Shown here: in pieces, positions 9,925 through 20,549 of the stretch | How positions within the stretch are numbered: position 1 is the stretch's first letter | Layout: every line of letters begins with the position of its first letter | NCBI GenBank assembly: GCA_963677485.1 | Contig: OY781964.1 | Coordinates: 4,580,862 to 4,644,861, forward strand | Direction of reading: 5' to 3' | Length of the DNA: 64,000 nucleotides | Origin: Armatimonadota bacterium | GTDB taxonomy: Bacteria > Armatimonadota > HRBIN16 | The notes under the pieces: model-generated | The model's database searches: none | Told to the model about the DNA's origin: nothing | Seen by the model: the letters and a program-made list of their open reading frames with translations, nothing else | Position numbers and translations under genes: made by a program

Positions 9925-11110
9925 CTTTCGCCGGTTGACGATTTATGAGGTACTGTCCATACATCATTGCTGTGGCAATGATTAGCAGATAGTCATACGG
10001 TGCTCGAAACCGCAAACGGGGGAAAAACAGACTATGGAAGACCGCTGCTAGAAGATAGACCGCTATCAGCATTTTTGTTTCAGAGGTGAGGTCTCTTTTC
10101 ATAAACAATAGGGCGACGCACGTTAATAGAAGCACATAGTAAGATATGGCGACTGCGACCGAAGCTAGCTTCTGTGATTTGACCTTAGTGTATAAGTCGT
10201 CACGGAAAGAAAAGAACTGAAGGAATTTGCCTGCAGTTAGGGTAGCGTAACGCTTATAGTCTGATCTGACATAGTTCAAGGCCCGGCGTCCAAACGCTCG
10301 GTCAACTTCAACCTCATTTAGCCTTCTATTGGACCCGAGTGCAGCATACTGACGCTTCATATCAACATTCGTGCCTGTCCTTGGCGTGGCGTCAGGAACC
10401 ACACCGATCAAGAAGTTAACCCCACCGTTTGTCGATATGGCTGGTGCATGAAACACAACCGTGTTACGAATGATCCATGGACTGATAGCCAGCAAGCAGA
10501 TCAGGCATGATAGATATACTTTAGGCCTTTCAGAGCGTGACTTGTACCATATCCATAGCATGAAACATGCAGGGACCAACGCCATACCCGGAACAGTTAA
10601 TATGAGCAGCGCAGAGAAAAGCCCAAACCAAATGCTGTTTCTGAAAGAGATTTTTCGCATCGCGATATATAAGAGAGCGAGAAGGTAGGTCGCACTGATG
10701 GCTTGCGGATACAAAAACAGGCTCGTGGTGACTATCAGCGGGTAGATAGCAGCATATATGCCTGCAGCTTGGGCGATCTTGGTGGTATACTTCAGAATAA
10801 CGATTTTCATGACAAGAACCACATTGATGATACATAACAGTGCATTGCACCATCGGCATAACATGATGCTGAGCCCCGCACTGCGCAACAATGATAAAAA
10901 CAGTGGGTATCCGATGGGGCGGTAGGCTGTGAGGTTCACACCATCGCTTGAATAGATACCTTTGTGAATCAGATTGTCAGCCAGAGCGATATAGATCTTC
11001 TCATCAAAAAACATTGGCTGATGCAACAGTAATAACCCTAATATCACTATCGATATCATGCACAAGACAACAGGCAATAACAATTGTTTTTTACTGATCA
11101 TATTCGGCAC
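9917..11110 (-). CDS. Polytopic membrane glycosyltransferase, GT39/ArnT-like
   Basis: About 10 predicted TM helices. N-terminal loop FFDEKIYIALADNLIHKGIY...YRPIGYPLFL resembles the DE..Y / rpPlyP loop of the ArnT/PMT family. Confidence 0.55.
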   Translation of the reverse strand: MPNMISKKQLLLPVVLCMISIVILGLLLLHQPMFFDEKIYIALADNLIHKGIYSSDGVNLTAYRPIGYPLFLSLLRSAGLSIMLCRWCNALLCIINVVLVMKIVILKYTTKIAQAAGIYAAIYPLIVTTSLFLYPQAISATYLLALLYIAMRKISFRNSIWFGLFSALLILTVPGMALVPACFMLWIWYKSRSERPKVYLSCLICLLAISPWIIRNTVVFHAPAISTNGGVNFLIGVVPDATPRTGTNVDMKRQYAALGSNRRLNEVEVDRAFGRRALNYVRSDYKRYATLTAGKFLQFFSFRDDLYTKVKSQKLASVAVAISYYVLLLTCVALLFMKRDLTSETKMLIAVYLLAAVFHSLFFPRLRFRAPYDYLLIIATAMMYGQYLINRQPAKDG

Positions 11111-11202
11111 TATACACCCGGTTTTGTTGGGATTTGATCATTTGTATCATAATGCATATTGTGACACAATGCAAATGGATTATGTGTGGTCGTAAGTGGA
11201 GG

Positions 11203-12282
11203 ATGATTCGATTTATGAGGAGTTTAGCTCTTCCAAAATTGGTGTGGGCGGGTATGATATACGTTGCGATTATTGTATCTCTGTTGTTTGTGGCCAGAGG
11301 TATGAATGGATATGAACGAGCAAACTTCGGGGATCTGGTGTATGGACGCTCATGGAAGCCGTATTGTTATCGCACTCTAGTGCCTCTAGTCGTAAGGTCT
11401 ATCACCTCAGCCATCCCTGCATCGGTGAGACAAAGCATAGAGCGCAGGGCGAATGACCGGCTGAACCAGCTACATCGAAGCCAGAGGGTCCGGCTTTGGT
11501 TCGAAGGCCTCCAGTGGGACCGGCACTACATAGTCGAGCACTTTGTGAGTGTGTTTGTGGTTTTCTGCTGCGTTTTAGCATATATGATTCTTATACTGAA
11601 AATATGTGACTATTGGATTGATATGGACCAAACAGTCAGATGCATTACGCCCGTTCTAGCGGGATTACTGCTGCCCTTGCATTTCAACTACTATAGTTAC
11701 CTGTATGACCCCGGAACCTGGGTGGTCTTTCCTTTGGCTGTGTTATTTATCAGCCGTAAACAATGGTGGCCTCTGTTGTTGTTGTTCCCAATTGCTGTGC
11801 TTCAAAAAGAAACAGCCATATTGCTTGTTTTGTTGTGGATGATCCGGGTACGCAGTATTCAGCAACCACTTAAGGTGAGCGGAGCGCAGGTTGCGGTGAT
11901 GCTCTGCGTGTACATAGCTGTAAAAGCTGTGATCACCCATATCTTTATCCATAATAGGGGATCATTTGTTGAGGTTCACCTGTTTGATCACAGTTTACCA
12001 ATGGTCGTTCATCAACCTGTTGTGTTTTTGAGCGTTGTGGCTGGTATCGCGGTAATAGTAGCCCTAATTCGTTCGTTACGTTTCGAAGCACCTGGTTTCT
12101 TGCTATTAGGGTTTGGTCTCTGCTTCGCTGCCCAATTTGGATTGGCCATCTTTTTAGGGTTTGTTGATGAACTTCGAGGTTACTACGAGTTGCTGCCACT
12201 CATAATGCCCTTAGTGGTGGTGGTCATTGTGAGAAGCATGGGGCTAAAAGCGAATTTCAAGGTTAGTAAAATGGCTGGCTAG
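11203..12282 (+). CDS. Polytopic integral membrane protein, function unknown
   Basis: Hydrophobic multi-TM translation. The start is uncertain: the track ORF begins at TTG 11134, and in-frame ATGs occur at 11203 and 11215. Confidence 0.5.
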   Translation: MIRFMRSLALPKLVWAGMIYVAIIVSLLFVARGMNGYERANFGDLVYGRSWKPYCYRTLVPLVVRSITSAIPASVRQSIERRANDRLNQLHRSQRVRLWFEGLQWDRHYIVEHFVSVFVVFCCVLAYMILILKICDYWIDMDQTVRCITPVLAGLLLPLHFNYYSYLYDPGTWVVFPLAVLFISRKQWWPLLLLFPIAVLQKETAILLVLLWMIRVRSIQQPLKVSGAQVAVMLCVYIAVKAVITHIFIHNRGSFVEVHLFDHSLPMVVHQPVVFLSVVAGIAVIVALIRSLRFEAPGFLLLGFGLCFAAQFGLAIFLGFVDELRGYYELLPLIMPLVVVVIVRSMGLKANFKVSKMAG

Positions 12283-12349
12283 CCATTATAATAGTGGATG
12301 TGAATAGAATAATGACCGATCACCTGACCTCAACCACACGGAGGCTAAG

Positions 12350-13216
12350 ATGACCGCTACGATAGTTAGTTGGATCCGCAAAAATAGGTATTACACGCTG
12401 TCGGCTGTCGTGGTGCTGTTGCTGGTCTGGTTCTCATACGACAACACATTTAGATATTGGTGGCGTATATGGGGCGATAAAGACGGATACTACAGTCATG
12501 GGTATCTCGTACCGTTTTTAGCAGGATACATCATCTATCTATGCAAAGACAAGCTCACAACAACCAACATGAAACCCAGTTTATGGGGGCTGCCATGGGT
12601 CATCGTTGCGGTTGGCTTAGTGGCTATATCTAAGCTTTCGCATTCATCGGCCATCGCCTCTCTCTCTATGCTGTTTTTAGCCACAGGATCAGTGTTGATG
12701 CTGTTTGGACGAAAATGGATGCGGATACTCTGGTTCCCAATCCTATACTGCGGATTGATGGTACCGCTGCCCAACACCTTGTTTGATGAAGTCTCCTATC
12801 CTATCCAACAACTGTCGACAGAGGTTGCTGCCCGTATTTTAAGTGTAATATACGACGTGACACGTCAGGGGATACTCATATCTCTACCCGGATATGAGCT
12901 ACTGGTGGGGGCACCCTGCAGCGGTTTCAAAATCGGCATCTCAATGCTCACTTTCGCTACATTCTTTGCTATATATACAGGTTTGCCTAAATGGAAGCAG
13001 CTGATGCTGGTAGTCATTAGTCAGCCATTGGCGTTGCTTATTAACGGCATCCGTATAGCTGCTATCGGCGTGGCCGGCGTAAAGTGGGGAAGCGATGTAG
13101 CTGATCAAGTGCATAACTATGGTGGATATGTGGTGATCATTCTGGCATTAGCTGTGTTATTTGTGATTGGGAGGTGGTTTGGATGGCAGAACGAAGTATC
13201 ACCGAAAAAGGGTTAA
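12350..13216 (+). CDS. Exosortase (EpsH/Xrt family)
   Basis: SD ggagg. Multi-TM protein with the family's catalytic-Cys block LLVGAPCSGFK and the downstream LINGIRIA (N..RI) block. Confidence 0.75.
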   Translation: MTATIVSWIRKNRYYTLSAVVVLLLVWFSYDNTFRYWWRIWGDKDGYYSHGYLVPFLAGYIIYLCKDKLTTTNMKPSLWGLPWVIVAVGLVAISKLSHSSAIASLSMLFLATGSVLMLFGRKWMRILWFPILYCGLMVPLPNTLFDEVSYPIQQLSTEVAARILSVIYDVTRQGILISLPGYELLVGAPCSGFKIGISMLTFATFFAIYTGLPKWKQLMLVVISQPLALLINGIRIAAIGVAGVKWGSDVADQVHNYGGYVVIILALAVLFVIGRWFGWQNEVSPKKG

Positions 13217-13851
13217 GACGTAATCTTGTCGTATTATTGGTTTGCTTGATATCTGCGATGTTATTCAACAAGCTGCTGCCTTCATGGCAGTCTGTCAAGG
13301 TCGATAGTATTAAGCCTGAGCTATTCCCGGTCATTGTGGGCGATTGGGTGGGGCACGACACTGATATTCCAGATGATGTGATGAAGTGGTTGAACCCGGA
13401 TGCGGTTCTCTCACGACGCTATATCAACTCCGCAGGCGACACTGTGGATTTCATGGTCATCGCTGGCAGCAGTATGGAATCATTCCATGATCCGCACCTT
13501 TGCTTCCCCTCACAAGGGTTTACCATTTTCAGTGAAGATCCCATCAAGTATAACGTGATGGCTGATCATCCCGTCAGTGCTTTCGAACTGCAATTTACTA
13601 ACCGCAGTGAAGGTGTACATGGACGCAGTATCTACTGGTACCGTACCCCGTATGGCACGACTCGTTCCATAGGTCTGCTGCGTGTTAGCCTGGGTGCCAG
13701 CCGGTTGTTCGGCACCGCTCAAAAGCAAGGATTCTTCATCCGGATGATCTCTATGGCGCCCATTGATCAACCTCTGCCGCAAAAGTCTATAGATGAGTTG
13801 ACTGAGGCCTTTTTCTCGGTCGTTCAGAAAAAGATGCCGGAGATATTCTAG
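13183..13851 (+). CDS. Exosortase-associated EpsI family protein
   Basis: Immediately follows and overlaps the exosortase gene. One N-terminal TM helix. The block SRRYINSAGDTVDFMVIAG...FHDPHLCFPSQGF matches the EpsI pattern (hsPe.ClpgaGw). ATG 13183 is preceded by gggagg. Confidence 0.6.
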   Translation: MAERSITEKGLRRNLVVLLVCLISAMLFNKLLPSWQSVKVDSIKPELFPVIVGDWVGHDTDIPDDVMKWLNPDAVLSRRYINSAGDTVDFMVIAGSSMESFHDPHLCFPSQGFTIFSEDPIKYNVMADHPVSAFELQFTNRSEGVHGRSIYWYRTPYGTTRSIGLLRVSLGASRLFGTAQKQGFFIRMISMAPIDQPLPQKSIDELTEAFFSVVQKKMPEIF

Positions 13852-13856
13852 AGGCG

Positions 13857-14939
13857 ATGCAGATCGCCTTTGTGTTACCGAAACTAGCTGTCGGTGGAGC
13901 GGAACGGGTCACCCTTTCGCTCATGAACATGCTGGCCGCTCGAGGGCATGATGTCTCGGTCATCACATTCTGGTCGTCTGGGTCATTGGCCACACTGCTG
14001 GATCCAAGGGTCAAGACCGTTGCGCTAGAAGTGAAGCGCAGCTATCAAGCCTCCAGCATGCTGGCTCAGGCATGGAAGGCGATAGCCCCTGATATAGTGC
14101 TGTCTGCTCTGAATACCGCCAACGCGGTCTGCTGTCACGCAAAGACTACCCACCGGCTCGAAACACCGCTGATCTGCGCCATTCATGCCAGGCTGTATGG
14201 AGAGGTGACAGGGCTCCCAGTGATCAGGCAGCGGATATGGGCTCAGATTACTCGTCGATACATTAAAGCTGCTGATATTATCACAACCCCATCGGAGGGA
14301 GTGACCGAGGAAGCCCGCCGATATTTCAAGGGTGCTGATGTGCGGACGATGCATAACGCCGTGATCTCACGAGAGAAATCAAAAGAGCCGCCTCACCGCC
14401 GCGATCGCAAACAGATTCTGTGGCTTGGGCGCCTTACTCCGCCTAAAAACCCCCAATTAGTCATCAACGCATTCGCTCAATATGCCCGCCAACTAGACTG
14501 GAGGCTACAGATAGCGGGAGATGGTCCGTTGAAGGGCTCACTGGTCAACCTCGTGGCAAAGCTGGGGGTTAGCGACAGAGTGTCAATGCTGGGCGAAGTG
14601 GCTGATCCTGGTGATTTGCTGTCAAAGGCTGGTTGTTTGGTGTTTGCTTCCCGCTCTGAAGCATTGCCAACCGTGATCATAGAGGCGATACAGTGCGGTA
14701 TTCCGGTCGTGGCGACGGATACGCCTTGTGGGGTCAAAGAGCTGTTAATAGGGGCCAACTATGGATATCTGGTGCCTTTGAACGACCCAGGCACAATGGC
14801 GGATGCCATCAAGCGGGCCTTGCCAACCAACCCAGCCGTTCCAAATGCATTTCTGTCCCGATATGAGCCAGAGACGGTGTGCCGCCGGTATGAAGAACTA
14901 TTTGACGAGGTTGTGAAAAAAAAGGCTTCAGGAGTTTGA
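13857..14939 (+). CDS. Glycosyltransferase family 4 (GT-B fold)
   Basis: N-terminus AFVLPKLAVGGAERV and C-terminal block ASRSEALPTVIIEAIQCGIPVVATD (E..G-type GT4 motif). Confidence 0.8.
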   Translation: MQIAFVLPKLAVGGAERVTLSLMNMLAARGHDVSVITFWSSGSLATLLDPRVKTVALEVKRSYQASSMLAQAWKAIAPDIVLSALNTANAVCCHAKTTHRLETPLICAIHARLYGEVTGLPVIRQRIWAQITRRYIKAADIITTPSEGVTEEARRYFKGADVRTMHNAVISREKSKEPPHRRDRKQILWLGRLTPPKNPQLVINAFAQYARQLDWRLQIAGDGPLKGSLVNLVAKLGVSDRVSMLGEVADPGDLLSKAGCLVFASRSEALPTVIIEAIQCGIPVVATDTPCGVKELLIGANYGYLVPLNDPGTMADAIKRALPTNPAVPNAFLSRYEPETVCRRYEELFDEVVKKKASGV

Positions 14940-14951
14940 ACTTCTGAAGCC
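14916..14951 (-). terminator. Candidate intrinsic terminator of pdxS, embedded in the 3' end of the GT4 gene
   Basis: 8-bp stem ggcttcag (14924-14931) / ctgaagcc (14944-14951). On the minus strand it is followed by U8, seen as the plus-strand A8 run at 14916-14923. Confidence 0.45.
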
Positions 14952-14971
14952 GAAGAGTAAGACAGACTGGT

Positions 14972-15871
14972 TTACCAGCCTCGTTTTGCCAGCCGTTCAT
15001 TTTCTGGGATGTCTGAGCAGTTAATACCCACCATAGGCTCACCAAGGTCTTCCGATATTTCAACCAAAATCTTGGGGTCATTGTAGTGTGTGACTGCCTG
15101 AACGATGGCCTTAGCCCGTTTCAGTGGATCGCCCGACTTGAAGATGCCTGATCCGACAAATACAGCTTGTGCACCAAGCTTCATCATCAGAGCAGCATCT
15201 GCAGGTGTAGCTACGCCACCGGCTGAGAAGTTAGGTACGGGCAGTTTACCGGTTTTGTGTACCTCGAGAACCAGCTCGTACGGAGCCTGCAAATCTTTAG
15301 CGGCGGTCATGAGCTCTTCAATCCGCATCCCCTGGATACGCCTGATATCGCCCATCACAGTGCGCATATGGCGGACTGCCTCAATCACATCACCGGTGCC
15401 TGCTTCACCCTTAGTTCGAATCATGGCAGCACCTTCACCACAACGGCGGAGTGCTTCACCAAGGTTGCGGCAACCGCAGACAAAGGGCACTTTGAAATCA
15501 TGTTTGTAAATGTGATACTGCTCATCTGCGGGGGTGAGAACTTCGGATTCATCCACGAAGTCAACGCCGAGTTGCTGCAGAATTTCAGCCTCTACGAAAT
15601 GCCCAATACGACACTTCGCCATCACAGGAATTGAAGCGACCTTCATGATCGACTTGATGATTTTGGGATCCGTCATGCGAGCTACGCCGCCTTGGACACG
15701 GATGTCGGCGGGAACTCTTTCCAGCGCCATCACTGCGGATGCGCCAGCTTCTTCGGCGATGGCCGCCTGCTCAGCATTCGTGACGTCCATAATGACCCCA
15801 CCTTTGAGCATTTCTGCCAGTCCGATTTTCGTACGCCAGGTTGAAGTTTGTGTATCGCTCATGCTTATCAT
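14972..15871 (-). CDS. pdxS: Pyridoxal 5'-phosphate synthase subunit PdxS
   Basis: Near-canonical PdxS sequence: [38 protein letters not shown]... 299 aa. Confidence 0.95.
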   Translation of the reverse strand: MISMSDTQTSTWRTKIGLAEMLKGGVIMDVTNAEQAAIAEEAGASAVMALERVPADIRVQGGVARMTDPKIIKSIMKVASIPVMAKCRIGHFVEAEILQQLGVDFVDESEVLTPADEQYHIYKHDFKVPFVCGCRNLGEALRRCGEGAAMIRTKGEAGTGDVIEAVRHMRTVMGDIRRIQGMRIEELMTAAKDLQAPYELVLEVHKTGKLPVPNFSAGGVATPADAALMMKLGAQAVFVGSGIFKSGDPLKRAKAIVQAVTHYNDPKILVEISEDLGEPMVGINCSDIPENERLAKRGW

Positions 15872-16007
15872 TGCCTCTGTATTCTTGTCAATCGGTGTCG
15901 TTCAATTCCATTATACTTTGCTTATCAATTTGAGGCAAAATCATGGGTTGATGCCAGCAGCGAGTGGGGTGTCCTTACGAGACACCCCTTCACCCCTCAT
16001 TGATCGA

Positions 16008-19000
16008 TTACAACTCCATTTTGACGCTGTTAAGAGATTTACTTATCTTGTCGATCGTTTCTAGTATGTGCATTTTCGTGAAGGCGTTCAGAGGAGCTTG
16101 GTTGATCGCCTTGAGTGCGCTGAGTATCTCCTTGAGCTTGGCTCTGCAGATGATCCGGCTGTCGACCGTCAAGCCGGTGGTTTCCTTGCTGGCTAGTGCA
16201 ATAAGTCTGCCAAACCAGGCTTGTTGGAGCATGGCCCGCAGTTCAGTTACATTTCGTCCAGCGCGAAGCTCAGTGCATATATTGTTGTCAAGTGTGGTGA
16301 TCAGTTCCATCACGTTGAATACATTCGCCTTAGGTGCTTGCTTGAAAGCATTATTGGATATCTTGCTGAGCACATCCGGTTGGGTCATCGCATTCAACAC
16401 GGTGATCTGTGTGCTGCTAAGCTGGTCACGAACAGGCTGATCCCACCTGTATGCGGGCGTCGTCGCCACTTCAATGTCCACGAACGGGTTAGGTGCCAGT
16501 TTTTGGTAGATGCTAGACGGGATGAAGTCGTAGGCGTCAGCAGCCAGGCAGCCTTTGGTTATTAGCGACACAACCCTGCGCTGATCGAGGTCAGAGACTT
16601 GAGTGAGGCTGGGCTTAGAGTCCATATCCCCCTTATAGTCCCGATAGGTATGACTACCGCCCAGGAAACCGGCCAGGCTGTAAAACTGGCTGTTGTAGAT
16701 GCGCAGGAAGCTAATAAACTTGCGTGTCAGTTGGTAGTAACTCTGACCCGGCAATATCGCACTGGTCTGTAGTTTCGGGATGGTCTTCTTGCAGATCGAC
16801 ATCATGGTGGAATAGAAATCGATGGGGTTCTTGGCCAGGTCGAATCTGACTATATGCGGGTCCAGGTTGTCGGCCATTTCATCGCCCTGCCACTGCAAAC
16901 CCGGCTTTGATGCTTCGGCCGCTATCGCCTTGAGATAGGGCAATTCGTCTGTTGGATTTTTTGCATCGTTGAATGAATAGCCATACTTGATGGCAAACAT
17001 ATCATATTCCCCGATGTTGTCGCTCCAATACATAGAGTTCTTGCTTATTAACGCACCGATGTTGAACGGTGTGTAGTCCATGACACTGCTTGTGATGCCG
17101 TGTATTTTCAGCCACTCAATGTCTTTGAGCTGCGTCATGGTGGGGTTAGTGGATGCAATGAAATTGTGTCGTAAACCAAGAGAGTGTCCAAACTCATGCG
17201 CCACAATGCTGCGGATATATTGCTGTACATAAGCGTCACGGCTGATAGGTGTGGCACCATCAGCCATCATCAACTCTGAGAACTCGCTGCCCATCCAGGC
17301 GTTGAACGCACTATCATGCTGATAGCAGCAGCCATATGGATTTCCGGTCTGTTTTGGCATGGGACTCAGTTTGGGGTCGGTGGGGACGGCACTCCCAGCG
17401 ATCATGACATCAAATTCGGTGCCTGTAAATCTAACCATATTGGCATCAATGCATATGCCTGCATTCAGTACCTCGCCGGTAATCGGATTACGCCTGAACA
17501 GCGATATGGCGTATGCCGCTTCGGGCGATGCCACCCAGCGCACGATATTGTAGCGCATATCTGCATAATCCCAGTCTGCATTATCAGGCATCTGGTTCAC
17601 CACTATGGCGTCTTTGATACCGACCTGTTCAAATGCGCGGTTCCACCACTTCAAACCGGATGCTATGCTCTCACGGTATTCTGAGGGTATCGCATTATCA
17701 AGCCACCAGACAATTGGTTTAACGGGTTCACTGATGGCGGCACTGGGATCTTTCTTTTTAAGGTCCCATCGAGAGATATACCTGACCATGGCATCATCCG
17801 TGCGGCGGTTTAAGTCCTGGTATTGCGTGAAGAAATAGCCGACTCGTCCATCTGCAATTCTAGGAGTATAGTTGCTCTCTGCTAAAAAGAAGAGGTTCCA
17901 GCAAATATTGATCGGTATGCTTCGCGGATCATATAGCGGGTTGCTGTTATATCCACTCATTGAACTAGTTTCCGGACCATCTTTCGACAGCTTCTGCATG
18001 TTGATGAGTGATTCCGCCACTATATTGTCAGGAAACACTTTCAGGTTCTTGATGTAACTCTTCTCACGGTCGATGCTGTAAGCACCTTGATTCAAGCTGG
18101 CGGTGGAACTTGTGATATCCGCTAAATCCGACAGAAATATGTCCGATATGTTGATCAATAAAGTTTTACGTTCGTCGCTCTTTGCTTCTATCTTGAACGA
18201 CTGGATGTAGGATCCGGGGAAGGCTCGATCGGCTGCTTTTGCCAATGGCAACGAGGGATCGACGCGGAATTTCAGATTCGGCACCACCCATACCAGCTTG
18301 TCATCTCCCAGCTTTTGCATTTCGAACATGATGTCATCTACTGGGTAGCCTGCGACAAGAGATCCTCCGCCAGCACCGCTGCTTAGGGTGCACTGCAGGA
18401 GCAGATTCTTTCCGAGCTTCGCCTCCGGCACTTCCAGGTATATGGTGTCTTTGTTTCCGGTCTCTGTCTTGCGATAAAGAGTCATGGCCCCATCTAGCTT
18501 TTTGAAATCCTTAGTGATCTCTTCGATGGTTTTGTCTTTTTTCTTTTCGTCAGCAGCGGTCGCAAGTTTAGCGTCGGTGCGTTCCCATTTCAACTTGGCA
18601 TCCGCGACCGCGTCTCCACCCATGGGGAAGTTCGTGATCACCACATCAAGCTTGATGATATCGCCACTTGATGCTTCGATGACCATGTCACCCTGGTAGC
18701 TGATGGGTTTGTTGCCAGATTCCGTGTATTTATACTTCAGTTGTACCGCTGGGATATCTCCCTGCTTCGCGGTATCAACGACTTCATACTCCGATGTGGC
18801 GGCCACTGAACCAGGCAGCAGACCGGCCTTGAGTTCCTTTTTCCACTTCAACCCCTTCACAATAGGTTTATCTGTAAAAATCGGCTGAAGGGCTAGTGCC
18901 TTGCGGGCTTGGATGGCCTTAGCCTGGTCGTTCATATCGCCGTAGCCTTCCCAGCTGGCCGAGACGAAGGTTCCATCGCGTTTGATGACAGTCATCGCCT

Positions 19001-19373
19001 TCTGCACCGGTGCATCGTCCTTCTGGGGTACCTTTTCGCCATTGACAGTCATCTGCACATTTTCGGATGTCGTCGTCCTGCTGATATCTCCGCCTTCGGC
19101 GACCGCCGTGACCAGGCGCACGATATCGTAGTGGTTCTCAATCGTGGCTTTGCCCTCAGGTGTATCTTGCGTGATCGTCAGCTCTGTCTTATACACCGTG
19201 CGCCAATTCGGTGCGTACTTATGGATCAACACAAGCGAGGTGGGCTGATCAGGCTTAGCATCTTTTGTGGCAGCCACCGGTTTAGCAGGTGCCGCCGGTT
19301 TAGGTGCCGGTTTGGCGGATACCAGGGAGCAGGCCATCACGATGGCACAGGAGACGGCGAAAAGTGACTTCAT
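16008..19373 (-). CDS. Secreted zinc-dependent metalloprotease (large, multi-domain)
   Basis: Signal peptide, an Ala/Pro/Lys-rich linker, and the zincin motif HEFGHSLGLRHNF in the C-terminal half. 1121 aa. Confidence 0.8.
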   Translation of the reverse strand: MKSLFAVSCAIVMACSLVSAKPAPKPAAPAKPVAATKDAKPDQPTSLVLIHKYAPNWRTVYKTELTITQDTPEGKATIENHYDIVRLVTAVAEGGDISRTTTSENVQMTVNGEKVPQKDDAPVQKAMTVIKRDGTFVSASWEGYGDMNDQAKAIQARKALALQPIFTDKPIVKGLKWKKELKAGLLPGSVAATSEYEVVDTAKQGDIPAVQLKYKYTESGNKPISYQGDMVIEASSGDIIKLDVVITNFPMGGDAVADAKLKWERTDAKLATAADEKKKDKTIEEITKDFKKLDGAMTLYRKTETGNKDTIYLEVPEAKLGKNLLLQCTLSSGAGGGSLVAGYPVDDIMFEMQKLGDDKLVWVVPNLKFRVDPSLPLAKAADRAFPGSYIQSFKIEAKSDERKTLLINISDIFLSDLADITSSTASLNQGAYSIDREKSYIKNLKVFPDNIVAESLINMQKLSKDGPETSSMSGYNSNPLYDPRSIPINICWNLFFLAESNYTPRIADGRVGYFFTQYQDLNRRTDDAMVRYISRWDLKKKDPSAAISEPVKPIVWWLDNAIPSEYRESIASGLKWWNRAFEQVGIKDAIVVNQMPDNADWDYADMRYNIVRWVASPEAAYAISLFRRNPITGEVLNAGICIDANMVRFTGTEFDVMIAGSAVPTDPKLSPMPKQTGNPYGCCYQHDSAFNAWMGSEFSELMMADGATPISRDAYVQQYIRSIVAHEFGHSLGLRHNFIASTNPTMTQLKDIEWLKIHGITSSVMDYTPFNIGALISKNSMYWSDNIGEYDMFAIKYGYSFNDAKNPTDELPYLKAIAAEASKPGLQWQGDEMADNLDPHIVRFDLAKNPIDFYSTMMSICKKTIPKLQTSAILPGQSYYQLTRKFISFLRIYNSQFYSLAGFLGGSHTYRDYKGDMDSKPSLTQVSDLDQRRVVSLITKGCLAADAYDFIPSSIYQKLAPNPFVDIEVATTPAYRWDQPVRDQLSSTQITVLNAMTQPDVLSKISNNAFKQAPKANVFNVMELITTLDNNICTELRAGRNVTELRAMLQQAWFGRLIALASKETTGLTVDSRIICRAKLKEILSALKAINQAPLNAFTKMHILETIDKISKSLNSVKMEL

Positions 19374-19476
19374 CTAGAAACCCCTCAATATGAGTTTGGG
19401 TGAATTGTTACATAGAAATGCTCTGTGCTTTATGTTACCGCGGAGAGGTGTTTGTAGACAACATGCCACGTCCAGG

Positions 19477-20535
19477 CTATACCTGATCGGTGTGCTGCCT
19501 TCGAAGTTGCCCACAGGCCGCGGCGATATCTGCACCACGCTCCTGCCGGATAGTGGTTGGGATGCCATGCGACTGCAGGTTTAACTGGAAGCTTAATGCC
19601 GATTTGGCTGACGGACTTCGAAACTGCGACATGCTGTCCACAGTATTCCACGGGATGATATTCACATTGCCTATCCATCCGTGCAGCCGTCTGGCCAGTT
19701 GGTCTGCTTGCTGAGGGGAGTTGTTCACTCCATCGATTAGTAGGTATTCAATGGTCACCTTACGGCCGGTCTGTTCAGTGTAGTATCGTCCAGCATCCAG
19801 AACCTCAGATATGCTCCAACGTTTCGCTATCGGTATGATTTCAGCCCGGGTCGCATCATCGGGAGCATGTAGAGAGATGGCCAAAGTAAATCGAGGCGAC
19901 ATATCTGCCAGCTCCCGCATCACAGGCACTATACCAACGGTGCTGACCGTGATGGAACGCTCACTGATGCCGACCTGCTGGTTCAGTATTTCAATGCTTG
20001 CTAATACTGCAGATAAGTTCCAAAGCGGTTCGCCCATGCCCATATAGACGACGTGAGAGATGCGTTCACCGGTGATCTGCTGTATCGACAGAACTTGATC
20101 AATGATCTCTCCCTGTGTCAGATTTCGGAGAAATCCCGACTGGCCTGTTGCGCAGAAACGACAACCGGCGGCACATCCCACTTGTGTGCTGACGCAAACT
20201 GAGTGCCGGTCGTGATAGGGGAGGTAGACCGATTCGACATTCGCCTTGTCCGCCAACCCAAATAGAAACTTGCGTGTTCCGTCGGTGGCTTGCTGGCTGT
20301 CGATCACCTGCAGCCTGTCGATGGAGGCGGTCTGTTTGAGTTTCTGTCGTAGTAATGCAGGAAGGTTAGTCATCGCATCAAAGTCACTAACCTGGCCGTT
20401 GTATATCCACTGGGCGAGTTGTTTGGCGCGGTACGCTGGCTCAGCAAGCTGTAAGCAAAACTCGCTAAGCTGGTTGAGTGAGTATCCGAAGAGGTTGTAT
20501 TGCATCAGAAAGGTGAGGTGCCTGCGTTCAAACAC
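19477..20535 (-). CDS. rlmN: 23S rRNA/tRNA (adenine-C2)-methyltransferase RlmN (radical SAM)
   Basis: CAAGCRFCATG radical-SAM cluster motif, the GMGEPL block, and a C-terminal ...AACGQL motif. Confidence 0.9.
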   Translation of the reverse strand: MFERRHLTFLMQYNLFGYSLNQLSEFCLQLAEPAYRAKQLAQWIYNGQVSDFDAMTNLPALLRQKLKQTASIDRLQVIDSQQATDGTRKFLFGLADKANVESVYLPYHDRHSVCVSTQVGCAAGCRFCATGQSGFLRNLTQGEIIDQVLSIQQITGERISHVVYMGMGEPLWNLSAVLASIEILNQQVGISERSITVSTVGIVPVMRELADMSPRFTLAISLHAPDDATRAEIIPIAKRWSISEVLDAGRYYTEQTGRKVTIEYLLIDGVNNSPQQADQLARRLHGWIGNVNIIPWNTVDSMSQFRSPSAKSALSFQLNLQSHGIPTTIRQERGADIAAACGQLRRQHTDQV

Positions 20536-20549
20536 CTCACCGTAAATAC

